From: Somniosus microcephalus
Lineage: Eukaryota
DNA: 64,000 nt
Assembly (NCBI GenBank): GCA_052327205.1
Contig: CM126230.1
Span: forward strand, 21,638,001 to 21,702,000
Reading direction: 5' to 3'
This document shows positions 22,148 to 34,974 of the stretch, in pieces. Position 1 is the stretch's first letter. Each line of letters begins with the position of its first letter. The notes under the pieces are model-generated. The model saw only the letters and a list, made by a program, of their open reading frames with translations, was not told where the DNA came from and did not search any database. The translations under genes were made by a program, and so were the position numbers.

Positions 22148-25100
22148 TGATGCGCTATCAATTACTCATAAAAGACTGAGAGTTAAGAGAGTAACTAAAG
22201 GCTTTTATTAACAAAAGAATGAAGGTCTGCCTCGAGTGGTCGACCGGTCCAGAATACAAAGGGGCTGGGGAGCAGTCACCTTTATACTAGGACTTGTGGG
22301 AGGAGTCAGCCGAGGCATGTCCAGGCATGTACACAGTGGAATACAAACAGTGGTTTACCACATTCACCCCTTGTTTAAAATTGAGTCCGGCGGGGTGAAG
22401 TGTATTAAAAGTTAGTGTATTGGAGTCTCTCCGGAGGTCTTGTCTGCCGCTGTGATCGGCGTGGCGACGGCAGGGGTAGTGGAGCTTCCGGCGTCGAGTC
22501 CTGCGTAGGCTGTGGCACAGGCGTCGCGTCCTCGTAGGTGTCGAGCGGGTCGCTGGGCCCAGGCCTGCCGTCTGCTGGGGCTGGATGTTGGATCGTGGGG
22601 GGGGGGTGGTAGTGAGTAGTGGGTTACTGTGGCCCCCGAGGGTGCAAGGTCTCTTATGGAGACTGTGTCCTCCCGCCCGTCCGGGTATGCAATATAAGCA
22701 TACTGGGGGTTGGCGTGGAGGAGGTCGACCCTCTCGACCAGGGGGTCTGTTTTATGGGTCCTCACGTGCCTTCTCAGTAGGACCGGCCCTGGGGACGTCA
22801 GCCATGGCGGTAGCGATGTCCCCGATGTGGACTTCCTTGGGAAGACAAACATTTTCTCATGAGGGGTGGCGTTAGTGGCAGTGCAGAGCAGTGACCAAAT
22901 AGAGTGGAGCGCATCGGGGAGCACATCCTGCCAGCGGGAGGTTGGAAGGCCCCTAGACTTTAAGGCTAGCAGGGCGGCCTTCCAAACTGTCGCATTTTCT
23001 CTTTCCACCTGTCCGTTCCCCCGGGGGTTGTAACTGGTGGTCCTGCTTGTGGCAATACCCCTAGTTAGCAGGTACTGACGGAGTTCGTCGCTCATAAACG
23101 ATGAGCCCCGGTCACTATGGATATTGCTGGGGAAACCGAACAGGGTGAAGAGGTCGTTCAGACATTTAATGACCGTGGCACTGGGGATGGCGAACGGGAA
23201 ACGGGAGTACTCATCAATAATATTGAGGAAGTACACATTGCGGTCGGAGGAGGGGAGAGGCCCTTTAAAATCAACGCTCAGGCGCTCGAAGGGGCGAGTG
23301 GTTTTTATCAGGTGGGCCCTGTCTGGTCTATAACAGTGCAGTTTGCACTCAGCGCAGATTTGGCAGTTCCTGGTCATGGTACTGACCTCCTCAATAGAGT
23401 AAGGCAGGTTGCGGGCCTTGATGAAGTGGAAGAACCTGGTGACCCCCGGGTGGCAGAGGTCATTGTGCAGGGCCCGCAGTCTATCGATCTGCGCGCTGGC
23501 GCAGGTGCCACACGATAGCGCATCCGGGGGTTCATTGAGCTTCCCGGGCCGGTACAAGATCTCGTAATTGTAGGTGGAAAGTTCGATTCTCCACCTCAAG
23601 ATCTTGTCATTTTTGATTTTGCCCCTCTGCTTGTTGTTAAACATGAAAGCAACTGAACGTTAGTCAGTGAGCAGGGTAAATCGTTTTCCGGCCAGGTAGT
23701 GCCTCCAATGACGCACAGCCTCCACAATCGCCTGGGCCTCCTTCTCAACAGCGGAGTGTCTGGTCTCCGGGCCTTGGAGGGTTCGTGAAAAGAAGGCCAC
23801 GGGTCTCCCCGCCTGATTGAGGGTAGCGGCCAGGGCAAAGTCGGACACGTCGCTTTCCACCTGGAAGGGGATGGATTCGTCCACTGCGTGCATGGTGGCT
23901 TTGGCAATGTCTTCCTTGATACGGTGGAAGGCTAAGCGGGCCTCTGCCGTCAAGGGAAAAGAGGTGGACTTGATCAGCGGATGGGCCTTGTCCGCATAGT
24001 AGGGGACCCACTGGGCATAATAGGAGAAAAACCCTAGGCACCTCTTCAAGGCCTTGAGGCAGTGGGGCAGTGGGAGTTCCATAAGGGGACACATCCGGTC
24101 GGGGTCGGGGCCGATGACTCCGTGTTCCACAACACAGCCAAGGATGGCGAGGCGGTTTGTGCGGAATATGCACTTCTCCTTGTTATATGTCAGGTTCAGG
24201 AGTTGGGCGGTGCGGAGGAATTTTTCGAGGTTTGCGTCATGGTCCTGCAAGTCACGGACGCAGATGGTCACATTGTCCAGATATGGGAAAGTGGCCTGCA
24301 ACGCATTTTGATCTACCATCCGGTCCATCTCCCTTTGGAAGACGGAGACCCCGTTGGTGACGCCAAAGGGAACCCTAAGGAAGTGATAGAGGCGGCCGTT
24401 TGCCTCAAAGGCAGTATACTGGCGGTCCTCAGGGCGGATAGGGAGCTGGTGGTACGCTGATTTCAGGTCAATGGTCGAGAAGACGCGGTACTGCGCGATC
24501 TGGTTGACCATATCAGCTATGCGGGGGAGTGGGTAGGCGTCCAGCAGGGTGTAGCGATTTATTGTCTGGCTGTAGTCGATGACCAGGCACTGCTTCTCAC
24601 CGGTCTTAACGACCACAACCTGGGCTCGCCAGGGGCTGGTGCTGCCCTCAATAATCCCTTCCTTCAGGAGCCGCTCCACTTCGGTTTTAATGAAAACCCT
24701 GTCCCCGGCACTGTATCGCCTGCTCTTTGTGGCGATGGGCTTACAGTCGGGGGTGAGGTTAGCAAACAGTGGGGGGGGGGGTGACTCTGAGTGTGGAGAG
24801 GTTGCACCTGTTGCGCGGCGGGCAATTTGGGAGCTGCTGGCTGCGGACTGTGAGTGGGGGTAGGGGTCCACCGTACGCCATCGTAACACTTTTAAGGTGG
24901 CACTGAAAATCTAACCCCAGCAGGACGGCAGCGCAGAGGTCGGGCAGGACCAGAAGTTTAAAATGATCATACACGGTCCCGTCTACTGCGAGTGTCACTA
25001 CGCAGTAGCCGCCGATGTCCGCCGACTGGGACTCGGAGGCCATAGAAATCCGCTGGTGCGCAGGCAGGACTGGGAGAGAGCAACGCCGCACCGTGTCGGG

Positions 25101-26469
25101 GTGGATGAAGCTCTCCGTGCTCCCAGAGTCAAAAAGGCAGATTGTATCATGGCCATTTACCTTAATGTCCATTGTGGAGCTGGCCAGCTGGTGCGGTCTC
25201 GCTTGATCCAGTGTAACAGATGCCAGCGTAGGGGTTGGTGTGTCGCTGCAGGTATCAGATGAGGCGGTGTTGGGGGCCTGCTGCGTTCCGGCTGTCGTCC
25301 AAGATGGCGGCGTCCATGATCCCCATGTGGCTGGAGGCGTCCAAAATGGCTGCTGTACCGGTGGTTCGCACATGGCCGGGGAGGCCCAAGATGGCGGCCC
25401 GCATGGCCCACACGCGGCGCTGCTGGGGTTCGGGGTGGCTTTGGCCCTGCAGACGTTAACGTAGTGTCCCTTCTTCCCGCAGCCCGAGCAGATCGCGTTT
25501 TTCGCCGGGCAGCGCGCTCTGGGGTGTTTTGCCTGGCCACAGAAGTAGCATTTCTGGCCTTGGGGCACTGCTGTCTGGCCTTGGGACACTGCTGCGGTAG
25601 TTGGGCCATTGCTGGGGTGTGGCTGGGGTGGCACGGCGCTATGAGGCGGTCCTACCGTGTCCCAGGCTGTCATTCCCCGCGGCGTCCACGGTGCAGAGGA
25701 GTAGGCATCCATGCCCCGGTAGGCTGCATCCAGTGATAGTGCGAGTTCAGAGGCCTTGTTGAGGTCGAGGTCACTCTGCTCCAACAGTCGCTGTCGGGTG
25801 TAATTGGATCTGTGGCCCGCTACAAAAGCGTCCCGGATAAGTTCCTCTGTGTACACGGCGGTCTTTACATCCTTACAACCACAGGCCCGGCCAAGCACAG
25901 ACAGTGCCTGAAGGTATTCCACGGTCGATTCCCCAGGTTGTTGTTTACGACTCCCCAGAAGGTGCCTGGCGTACACTTCGTTCACTGGGCGCGTGTACTG
26001 GTCCTTGAGGAGCTTGATAGCGTCCGCGTACGAGGTCGCGTCTTGGATGACCGAGTACACTCGGTGGTTCACTTTGGAGGTCAGGACATCCAGTTTGTCC
26101 TCGTCCGATTTGATTGCTGCGGAGGTGGTCAGGAATTTTTCGAAACACTTAAGCCAGTGAGTAAACTTGGTGGATGAGTCCGCCTCCCGATGATCTAAGT
26201 CCAGGCATGCTGGTGTGAGGATCTTCTCCATTATAAAAATTTTGTTAATAAAATTGATGCGCTATCAATTACTCATAAAAGACTGAGAGTTAAGAGAGTA
26301 ACTAAAGGCTTTTATTAACAAAAGAATGAAGGTCTGCCTCGAGTGGTCGACCGGTCCAGAATACAAAGGGGCTGGGGAGCAGTCACCTTTATACTAGGAC
26401 TTGTGGGAGGAGTCAGCCGAGGCATGTCCAGGCATGTACACAGTGGAATACAAACAGTGGTTTACCACA
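22148..26469 (-). mobile_element. Ty3/Gypsy (Mag-like) LTR retrotransposon 1, full length
   Basis: Identical 215-bp LTRs (22148-22362, 26255-26469) with TG..CA ends; 5-bp TSD ATACT; PPT-like aacaaggggtgaa next to the 3' LTR; gag-PR-RT-RH-IN order. Confidence 0.95.
22405..26231 (-). pseudogene. gag-pol polyprotein of LTR element 1, with two homopolymer frameshifts and one stop as assembled
   Basis: Two CCHC knuckles (CYFCGQAKHPRARC, CSGCGKKGHYVNVC), protease LFDSGS, RT YLDN, RNase H EKE..LTD, integrase HHCC with SVD/SDRG/VEREN; breaks at G runs 24771-24781 and 22597-22606 and TAA at 23660-23662. Confidence 0.88.
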
Positions 26470-26767
26470 ATACTGTTATAGCGAAGCTTCTGATGGAGCA
26501 AGGCAACTCGAATAGTAACTTCCTGATTTCTGCGTTTAACTGCACATGTGTGGATGCAGGAAGTTGCTGTCTGATTATCTCCTTAATAATGGTGAGCGCC
26601 GATAGCCTCACCGTTATTTCTACTGCAAAATCTGGGCCAACAATGTATCCGTATGAAATGACTCTGATTCCTATTTTTAGTGCAGCCATTTTAAGCAACA
26701 TTTATTAAAATAGCAGAAAAGGAACATTACACGTCTTGATTTGTACTCAGTCACAACATAACCTAAT

Positions 26768-26931
26768 GGGATAAATGCTCATCTTCACCCCTGGGCAGTA
26801 ATCTAGCGAAGTGGGTCACCCTCTCACCGCACCCCCCCCCCCCACCCACTAGCAGAATCCACCCAAATTGGGCAGGTTCTGTAAAGGATGGGTGATTTGC
26901 TCTGCTGCGGGTGAAAATTAAAATTTACCTC
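26768..26931. mobile_element. Small Harbinger-type MITE (164 bp)
   Basis: Imperfect TIRs gggataaatgctcatcttcaccc / gggtgaaaattaaaatttacctc; AAT TSD. Confidence 0.55.
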
Positions 26932-28019
26932 AATATCTTTTACTAGACATTTCTGCTGGAGGTAGACATTGAGCTGGCACGTTCAAAGACCTCTCCACTT
27001 TAACCCAGTTCCTTTTTCTGATTCACATGGTACCCCTGTTCGATTCAACAGACTCCCTTCTTTGCTCCTACATTAATGATTTTACATTTATCCACGTTTA
27101 ACTGCATTGGCCACCTATTGGCCCAATTTCCTAAAGTATCTAAATTCTTCTTAATTGGATTGCATTGTTTCTTTTTATGTTTCCTGCCTATATTTCAGTG
27201 TAATCTAGAGATTACAGTAATATATTAAAACTAGTGGGAGACCTGAATTGAAATGAAATCTATAGTATGGTTGTTAAAGTTAAAAAAATGCATTATTTAA
27301 AATTAAAAACTTTAAAGCGGTACTAAAATGGGTCAGGAATCCTCCGGGAGAAGGGATCTGTTTAAAGAACTTCAAACTTAAACAATTTGGAATATAGATA
27401 TTTTAAAAAATGCCTATATGGATTAGTATTCAATAAAATCCAGTGACACATTTCAAACAATACTCACAGCCAAGGAAATTCCTGAGCAGCCTTTGGGGAA
27501 GAAGGTGGGAACTAGAAAATGTGGAGATTAATTTGAAGTTTAATGACTACTGTAACTGAAATGATGGTACTGCTCAGGTATGACTCCTTGAATTAACTAT
27601 CTGCAGGCCAATTACTTGCAGTAACCTGCATACCCTCATCAAGCACTAATACACTGAACTAACTGCTAAAGAAAATAGGGACCCTAAAATTACACTGTAA
27701 GATAATAGTGCAGAAATGCTTAATGTCTTCATCTGAAATTCCTCTCTTGGCTATTTTAGCAAAGGTGTTGATCCGTTTATTATAAATAGGTTAACACCTC
27801 CGCTAAAATGGGAAGGGAGAAATTACTGACAAAAGTATTAAACATTAGCATGCTCGCATCCCACAGAATCATTTCAGGACCAGGAAAGACTCCTCCTTCT
27901 CTGTGAGACTGTACCATGGGAGGGCTACTCATGGAGTATCTGGAATGAAGACTGATTTTTACTTACAGCAGTCATCGCTCTTCAAATGAAGGTAGAATTC
28001 CTTGGTCCCATGATAAAGC

Positions 28020-28460
28020 TCTTGTCCTTGCTCGCTGACCTACATTGGCTCCCAGTCCAACGACGCCTCGATTTTAAAATCCTCATTCTTGTTTTCAAAT
28101 CCCTCCCTATCTCTGTAACCTCCTCCAGCCCTACAAGCCTTCGAGATCTCAGCGCTCCTCCAATTCTGGCAACTTGTGCATCCCTGATTTTAATTGCTCC
28201 ATCATTGGCGGCCATGCATTCAGCTGCCTTGACCCTGAGTCCTGGAATTCCCTCCCTAGACTTCTCTTCCTCACTACCTCTCTCTCCTCCTCCTTTAAGA
28301 TGCTCTTTATAACCTACCTCTTTAACCAAGCTTTTGGTCATCTGTCCTGATATCTCCGTCTGTGGCTTGGTGTCAAATATTTTTTGATAACGCTCTTGTT
28401 AAGCACCTTGGGACATTTTACTACATTAAAGGCGCTATATAAATGCAAGTTGTTGTTCTG
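28020..28460 (+). mobile_element. L2-type LINE 3' fragment
   Basis: LADLHWLPVQRRLDFKILILVFKSL translation; L2 tail. Confidence 0.8.
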
Positions 28461-28489
28461 CTAGGATATAGTTTACAAGCTAATGAGCT

Positions 28490-28630
28490 AGTTCTGATGA
28501 AGGGTACACAACCGAAACCCGCCTCTTCTCTTTACCGATACTCACTGGCCTGTTGTGTATTTCCAGCATTTTCAGTTTTTATCTCAAATATCCAGTTTTA
28601 ATTCCATTTTTTTTCATTTTCTTTTAATGT
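28490..28630 (+). mobile_element. Degenerate Penelope-type terminal repeat with hammerhead core
   Basis: agtt-CTGATGA-agggtacacaacc-GAAAC; downstream 'tttccagcattttcagtttt' shared with the other copies. Confidence 0.55.
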
Positions 28631-29550
28631 GCTAGTTCTTGTTTGGATCTCAACTCAGTCCCGTATTTTGCTTCTGTGGGAAACAAAAGAGTAATTTTCT
28701 GACATTTTTGCTTTGGCAACACAGAAACAGATATATTTGGACATCTATTTAATACAGCGACTGCCCCTTGAACATGCAGCCCCTATAGAGTCATACAGCA
28801 CAGAAGGAGGCCATTCAACCCATCCTGCATGTGCCGGCTCTTTGAAAGAGCAACCCAATTAGTCCCACTCTCCTGCTCTTTCCCCATAGCCCTGCAAATT
28901 GTTCCTTTTCAAGTATTTATCCAATTCCCTTTCAAAAGTGACTATTGAATCGACCACCCTTACAGACAGTGCATACCTAGTGATATGTGCCTCTCATGCC
29001 ATATCTAGGCATTCCTTCTCTGGTTGTCAGTCAAACCAAGTAGAGATGATGTTTGGTTGTGGTAGTATGGAATATGAATCTAAAATCAAACTTTCCTTGG
29101 AATATTCCTTCCTGTTGTATTTATTGCCGGGTGAGGATGAGTCAGCCCTGTCCTTGGAGGGTTTCGATTGTTTATTGTTCACATCTTGCTATATTCAAGT
29201 GTCCAGATTCTTCATTGGTCATCTTGCCTTAATACTTCTACTCTCTTTACCAGTAATGGCAGAATCCCTCGGGAATCGAAGTAAACGGGTGTCTTTAGCC
29301 AGTTACACAGTTTCTCTGGGGGTTCTGCTGGTCTCTGGCTGGAGTTATGGCGGAAGACTGGGAGAATCCCTATGGACTTTCAGAGCTATTGTTTTGTTTT
29401 CTCTTCTTGAAAAAGCATGCAGAATTTGTAGGCTATGAAGCAGTGTTTGTTCTTGATATGCCAGAGATGCTTGGTGTAACCAGCAATATTTGGAAAAAAC
29501 TACCTACAGCTATTGCCAAATTTGTGAGCAAAATCTCCATAAAACTCTAC

Positions 29551-30430
29551 GGGGGAAAAATTCAGTATCGCCCCATTTGGGGCGCCATTATTGGCCGTGC
29601 TCAAATTTTATCGCCTCCGACGGCAAACTTGGCTTTTATTGCCCCTGGAGGTGATTGGAGCGCTAAATCAGGCGCTTCACACCTGTCTTAAGGCGCAAAG
29701 GCCGAGGAGTGAGGCGTTACATCAGAGCGCTGGCGAAGCTCATGTGATGTCAGTCAACAATGGAACACAGACACACTGGTGCCGGCCAGTTCTTAAAGGG
29801 GAGTTCTGACGAACGGTCATCGACCTGAAACGTTAACTCTGTTTCTCGCTTCACAGATGCTGCTTGACCTGCTGAGTTTCTCCAGCATTTTCTGTTTTTA
29901 TCTTAAAGGGGAGGGTTGATTTTGCTCTCCATCCACATCCTACAGCCTTGAATCTCGGCTTGGAGAAACCTGCACATCAAATCTGCTGGAAAGAACAATG
30001 GAGAGGCCCAGGGAAAGAGCTCAGAGTGCAGCCCCCACAGTCTCTTCTAAATCGATACAAGGAAAGGCAAATCAAAATGAACCTGCAAAGTGCTGCTCAG
30101 TACCCAAAACTCCTTCACACAGCATTGAATCTCTCCAGAAGTCTCTCTTTCTCTCTCTCTCAGAATGTGTGGTGCAAAAATGTCATCAACAAAAAAAGGC
30201 AGGAAGCGGTCACCTTTAAATAGCGCTCCCCCAGTCCCTTCCTGACTGCAAAATGCTCCCCTCAACCTGTCGTTGCTAGCAGCAGGTGGTAAGGCAGGGG
30301 GCGCCACTCAATATCCGGTCCGGGGCGCTACCGGGGCATTGCGCACTCGACTGATGTCACGATCTGCCGGCGCAGGAGATCGTGGCGGTAGTGTTTAGTT
30401 AATTTCGTGAGCGGCGCAAACATCGCCTTT
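29551..30430. mobile_element. Degenerate non-autonomous relative of Harbinger 1
   Basis: Left end gggggaaaaattcagtatcgcc and 'ggagcgctaaa..aggcg' resemble 1839-2000; right end truncated. Confidence 0.55.
29804..29900 (+). mobile_element. Penelope-type terminal repeat with minimal hammerhead
   Basis: CTGACGA-acggtcatcgacct-GAAAC-GTT-aact; 13-bp TSD tcttaaaggggag (29791-29803, 29901-29913). Confidence 0.8.
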
Positions 30431-30929
30431 ATATATCTTGGCTTGGATGTGCTGCAGAACCATTCACCTTGCTCTTTTTTGGTAGTGTGATTATCTCCTG
30501 ACCAAAACCAATTAACTTAGTTCTGAGTTAGAACTTCAACTTCTCATTTACTGTACCTACATTTACAAATTTCTGTAATTATCAATGAAAAGTGAGAGAG
30601 AGCTTAGTTCACATGTTTGCTGGGTGGTAAAAGCAAGCTATGACTGGCAATGTCGGTTGTCCCTTTCCAAAAAGTAAAATGGTAGCAACCAGGAGTCTTA
30701 CCAACTAGTATCCCAGCCAAGACGTGACAGAACCTATTACAACCATGTTTGCTGGATTCAAGTACTAATGAGCTCCAGGATTGTACCTCTGGTGGACTGT
30801 TAATATTATGTCATGGGGCAGATCCTTACAGTAGAGTTTAATTATGGTACTTTTCTTATTGCCACTTTCTCTTCAAGTTCCAGTTATTTCCCGTAGCTCT
30901 TCGCTTTTGATCTAATGATGTTAATTACT

Positions 30930-31272
30930 TTTTTTCTCTTTCTCTTGCATGGCAGCTGTCTTTCATTCTGCCAGTGCCATTTATACTTCATCTAGAGCCA
31001 TCTTTTGTTTCTTAACTTGTCCCATTACCATCTCCTTTTGCCTTGCACCATCATCCCTTTTGTTCTTTCCTCCCCTCCCCCCTTTCCCAGCCCCTACACT
31101 TGCTTAAAAATCTGTTCCATCTCCAGCTTTTTCCAGTTCTGACGAAGGGTCATCGACCTGAAACGTTAACTCTGTTTCTCTCTCCGCAGATGCTGCCTGA
31201 CCTGCTGAGTGTTTCCAGCATTTTCTGTTTGTCTTTCAGATTTCCAGCATCCGCAATATTTTGCTTTTGTAT
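30930..31272 (+). mobile_element. Penelope-type 3' fragment with minimal hammerhead (core 31135-31171)
   Basis: agtt-CTGACGA-agggtcatcgacct-GAAAC-GTT-aact; TSD tgatgttaat(t/g)actt at 30916 and 31273. Confidence 0.8.
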
Positions 31273-32879
31273 TGATGTTAATGACTTGTTTGTTTGTCCG
31301 CTGCTGGGTTTATGTTTCTTTCATGTGCTGATTGCTACAAACCAATATGCAAAATCCCAGGCCCCCTCCCAAGCCTTTAGTGAGAGTTTGCAGTCCTGCA
31401 TCTCACAGTTGTTTCTTGTGCATTGTACAAAGTACAGGACCAGACCCTGAGGAAGGTTCACGTCACCTCTCCCCAGCTTGAATGATTCCCATTTACAATG
31501 ACCATCTGTTTCTTAACATCTAGGTAGATTGTGGTCCATTTTTGCTGCTTCCTCTTTATTCCCCAAGCTCTCACCTTTGGTACTGGTCTCCTGTGAGTTA
31601 TTTCATTGAAAATTGAGATGAAAAAATATCTTTTGGCTTGCCCCCATCTGGTAACTTAGTTGCAACCTCAATAAATTTAAAAAGCACGATCCTCTCTTCA
31701 TAAATCCATGTTGGCCTTCCGTAGTCATATTTACTTTTGATAAACGATCCTGAATTATGTCCCTTATAATCTTCTCAAATATTTTTATGGCTAAGCTAAC
31801 CGGCCTGCAATTTCTGCCCTTTCTTTAACATTGGCACTGAATTAGCTTGTCACTCCTGTATTCAATGAGCTACTGTATATTTCTACCAAAGCTTAACCTC
31901 CCTGGGGATTATGAAAAGATATTTGAGAGCATTTTAAAACTATTTGCTAGGGTTATTATGATTTGAGATCTGCAAGTCTGATGAGAAAAGGCAGTTTTAC
32001 TACTTGGAAGCACAGAGACAACGCAACTACAGAGGAACTGCAGATTGGAACGTGCAAAGACTGTACTAATTTATCCTGATCCAAGTGGCTGCTGATTAGT
32101 TAGTGTGTTTAATCGGCTCATTATTACAATTTTCCTGTTTTCAGAGCCCCCTCTACATTCAACCATTCTCTAAAAGTTGAAACCTCTTGCGTTACTGTGA
32201 TTAGGTGTTAATTTTATTTTAAACCAGCAGACCATTTCAAAAATACCCTCACTGCCCAGAAATGCATACATAAATAATCTTCTTAAATAAGGAACTCACC
32301 TCAACTCAGCTCCAGTCTACCAGCTACGAAATGAATGCCAGCATTGCTAAAGTCAGCAGGGGTCCTGTTTGAAAAGAATGGCCACCTTTGGAAGCAATTG
32401 TAGACTCCTGGCCCCAGCTCCCCCGACAATTGTTCTTTGAGTAAGGATTGACTCTCAGCAACTTTTCGGGCTTAAAGTATTTAGTCAATGTGATGCTGTT
32501 GTAAATAAGGCTAATCAAGTGGGTGCAATCATTGATTTAATAATATTTGTCTACCGTTGCAGTTTTAAGCATGTCTACATAAATCAGGAGAGAGAGTGGG
32601 GGGAATTTTAACCCCCCAAATCAGGTGGGCTGGTGTCGGGTGGTTCGAAATCTGAAACAGGAACCCAGCCTGCCTTGAACCCACCCACTTACGGTCTTAA
32701 CGAAGGAGGGACGAGGGGTGTTGACCAACCCGCTCTCAGGAGGCAGGTCGGTCATTGAAACCTTTGAAGGAGGCTGCATGCCTTCATTTTAACAGGATTT
32801 CTATTTTTAACTCATGTTGGCTGGGTTTCCCTGGCCTGGGGAAACCTGGCAGTTAAAAGGTGGCGAGAAGGTTTGGATC

Positions 32880-34743
32880 CATCGGTATATCAGGAGGAAA
32901 AGACTGGTAAAATCCCAAGTCGGTCCCTTGCAGTCCGATTCGGGAGAATATATAATGGAGAATAAGGAAATGGCAGACCAATTAAACTCATACTTTGGTT
33001 CTGTATTCACAAAGGAGGACACAAATAACCTCCCAGGAATATCGACAAACATAGGGACTAATGAGAGGGAGGAGCTGACAGAAATTAGTATCTCTAGGGA
33101 TATGGTGTTGGGTAAGTTGAGGGGACTGAAGGCCGACAAATCCCCGGGGCCTGATAAACTACATCCTAGGGTACTTAAGGAGGTGGCCCTGGAGATAGCA
33201 GATGCTCTAAGGATCATCTTCCGGAACTCCATTGACTCTGGAACAGTACCCGTGGATTGGAGGGTAGCTAATGTTACCCCAATATTTAAAAAGGGGGGTA
33301 GAGAGAAAGCAGGGAATTATAGACCAGTAAGCCTTACATCGGTTGTGGGCAAAATGCTAGAGTCCATTATTAAGGATAAAATAGCGGAGCACTTGACAAA
33401 TGGGGAAAGGATCGGACAGAGTCAACATGGATTTACAAAGGGTAAATCGTGTTTGACTAATCTGCTGGAATTTTTTGAGGAAGTAACTGGTAAAATAGAT
33501 GGGGGAGAGCCAGTGGATGTGGTGTACCTTGACTTCCAGAAAGCCTTCGATAAGGTTCCACACAAAAGATTATCATGCAAAATTAAGGCTCATGGGATTG
33601 GGGGCAAAGTATTAACGTGGATAGAGAACTGGCTGGCGGATAGAAAACAGAGAGTTGGAATAAACGGCTCGTTTTCGGAGTGGCAGGCAGTGACCAGCGG
33701 GGTGCCGCAAGGATCTGTCCTGGGACCCCAGCTGTTCACAATATATATAAATGATCTGGATCAGGGAATTGGATGCAATATTTCCAAATTCGCTGACGAC
33801 ACTAAACTAGGAGGAGGGGTGGGCTCTGATGAGGATGTCAGGAGGCTACAGTGCGATTTGGACAGGTTGGGGGAATGGGCGGATACGTGGCAGATGCACT
33901 ATAATGTGGATAAATGCGAGGTTATCCACTTTGGGGGTAAAAACAGGAGGGTGGATTATTATCTAAATGGCAATAGATTGGGAGATGGGGAAGTGCAGAG
34001 GGACCTGGGTGTTCTTGTGCACCAGTCACTGAAGGAGAGCATGCAGGTGCAATAGGCGATTAAGAAGGCAAATGGTATGTTGGCCTTCATATCAAGGGGG
34101 TTCGAGTATAGGAATAGGGATACCTTACTACAGCTGTACAAGGTGCTGGTGAGACCGCATCTGGAGTATTGTGTACAGTTTTGGTCGCCCCATCTGCGGA
34201 AGGATGTTCTTGCCATGGAAAGAGTGCAGCGGCGATTCACCAGGCTGATACCTGGAATGGCGGGAATGACCTACGAGGAGAGATTGAATAGCTTGGGCTT
34301 GTACTCACTGGAGTTTAGAAGATTGAGAGGGGATCTCATCGAAACATATAAAATTATGGCAGGCCTGGACAGGCTGAATTCAGAGAGAATGTTTCCAATG
34401 GCAGAGGAGCACAGAACCAGGGGCCACAGTCTAAAAATAGCGGGCAAATCATTTAAAACAGAGATGAGGAAGAATTTCTTCACTCAAAGAGTGGTGAGCC
34501 TGTGGAATTCCCTGCCAGAGAGGGCTGTGAAGGCTAATTCAATAAATATTTTCAAGAGAGAATTGGATATATTTCTGAAGGCTAAGGGGATTAAGGGTTA
34601 CGGAGAAAAGGCGGGGACGGGGTACTGAACTGGTAAGATCAGCTATGACCTCAGACGAAGATCAGCCATGATCTCATTGAATGGCGGAGCAGGCTCGAAG
34701 GGCCGAATGGCCTACTCCTGTTCCTATCTCTATGTTTCTATGT
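32880..34743 (+). mobile_element. CR1 LINE, 5'-truncated ORF2 (RT) with one premature stop at 34053-34055
   Basis: [40 protein letters not shown] motifs. Confidence 0.95.
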
Positions 34744-34974
34744 AAGTGCATTTACAGCACTGCTTGTGGGCCAGGAGGAGCAGGAGTGTTTCCTCCAGGC
34801 CCAACAAGCTTACCCTGTAAACCTCCGCCCCCACAACTACCTCCACGATCTCTCCTGAGCGCCCCCATCACCAACTGCCCCCACCGTGATCACCGACCCC
34901 CCCATCACTGACCCCCCCCCCTGATCTCTCCCCGAACCCCCCCCCAACGATCCCCGACTCTCCTGATCTCCGGC

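Larger units (their letters stand above)
21495..26638 (-). mobile_element. Older Harbinger-like non-autonomous element split by the Gypsy insertion (parts ~21495-22147 and 26470-26638)
   Basis: Both flanks are reverse-complement homologous to 42256-42800; end ggcccagattttgca; left boundary approximate. Confidence 0.55.

Noticed and set aside
28899-29540. 179-aa ORF, or a decayed coding sequence on the opposite strand
   Set aside because: The ORF starts inside an antisense CR1 fragment; the minus frame has several stops and no identifiable homology
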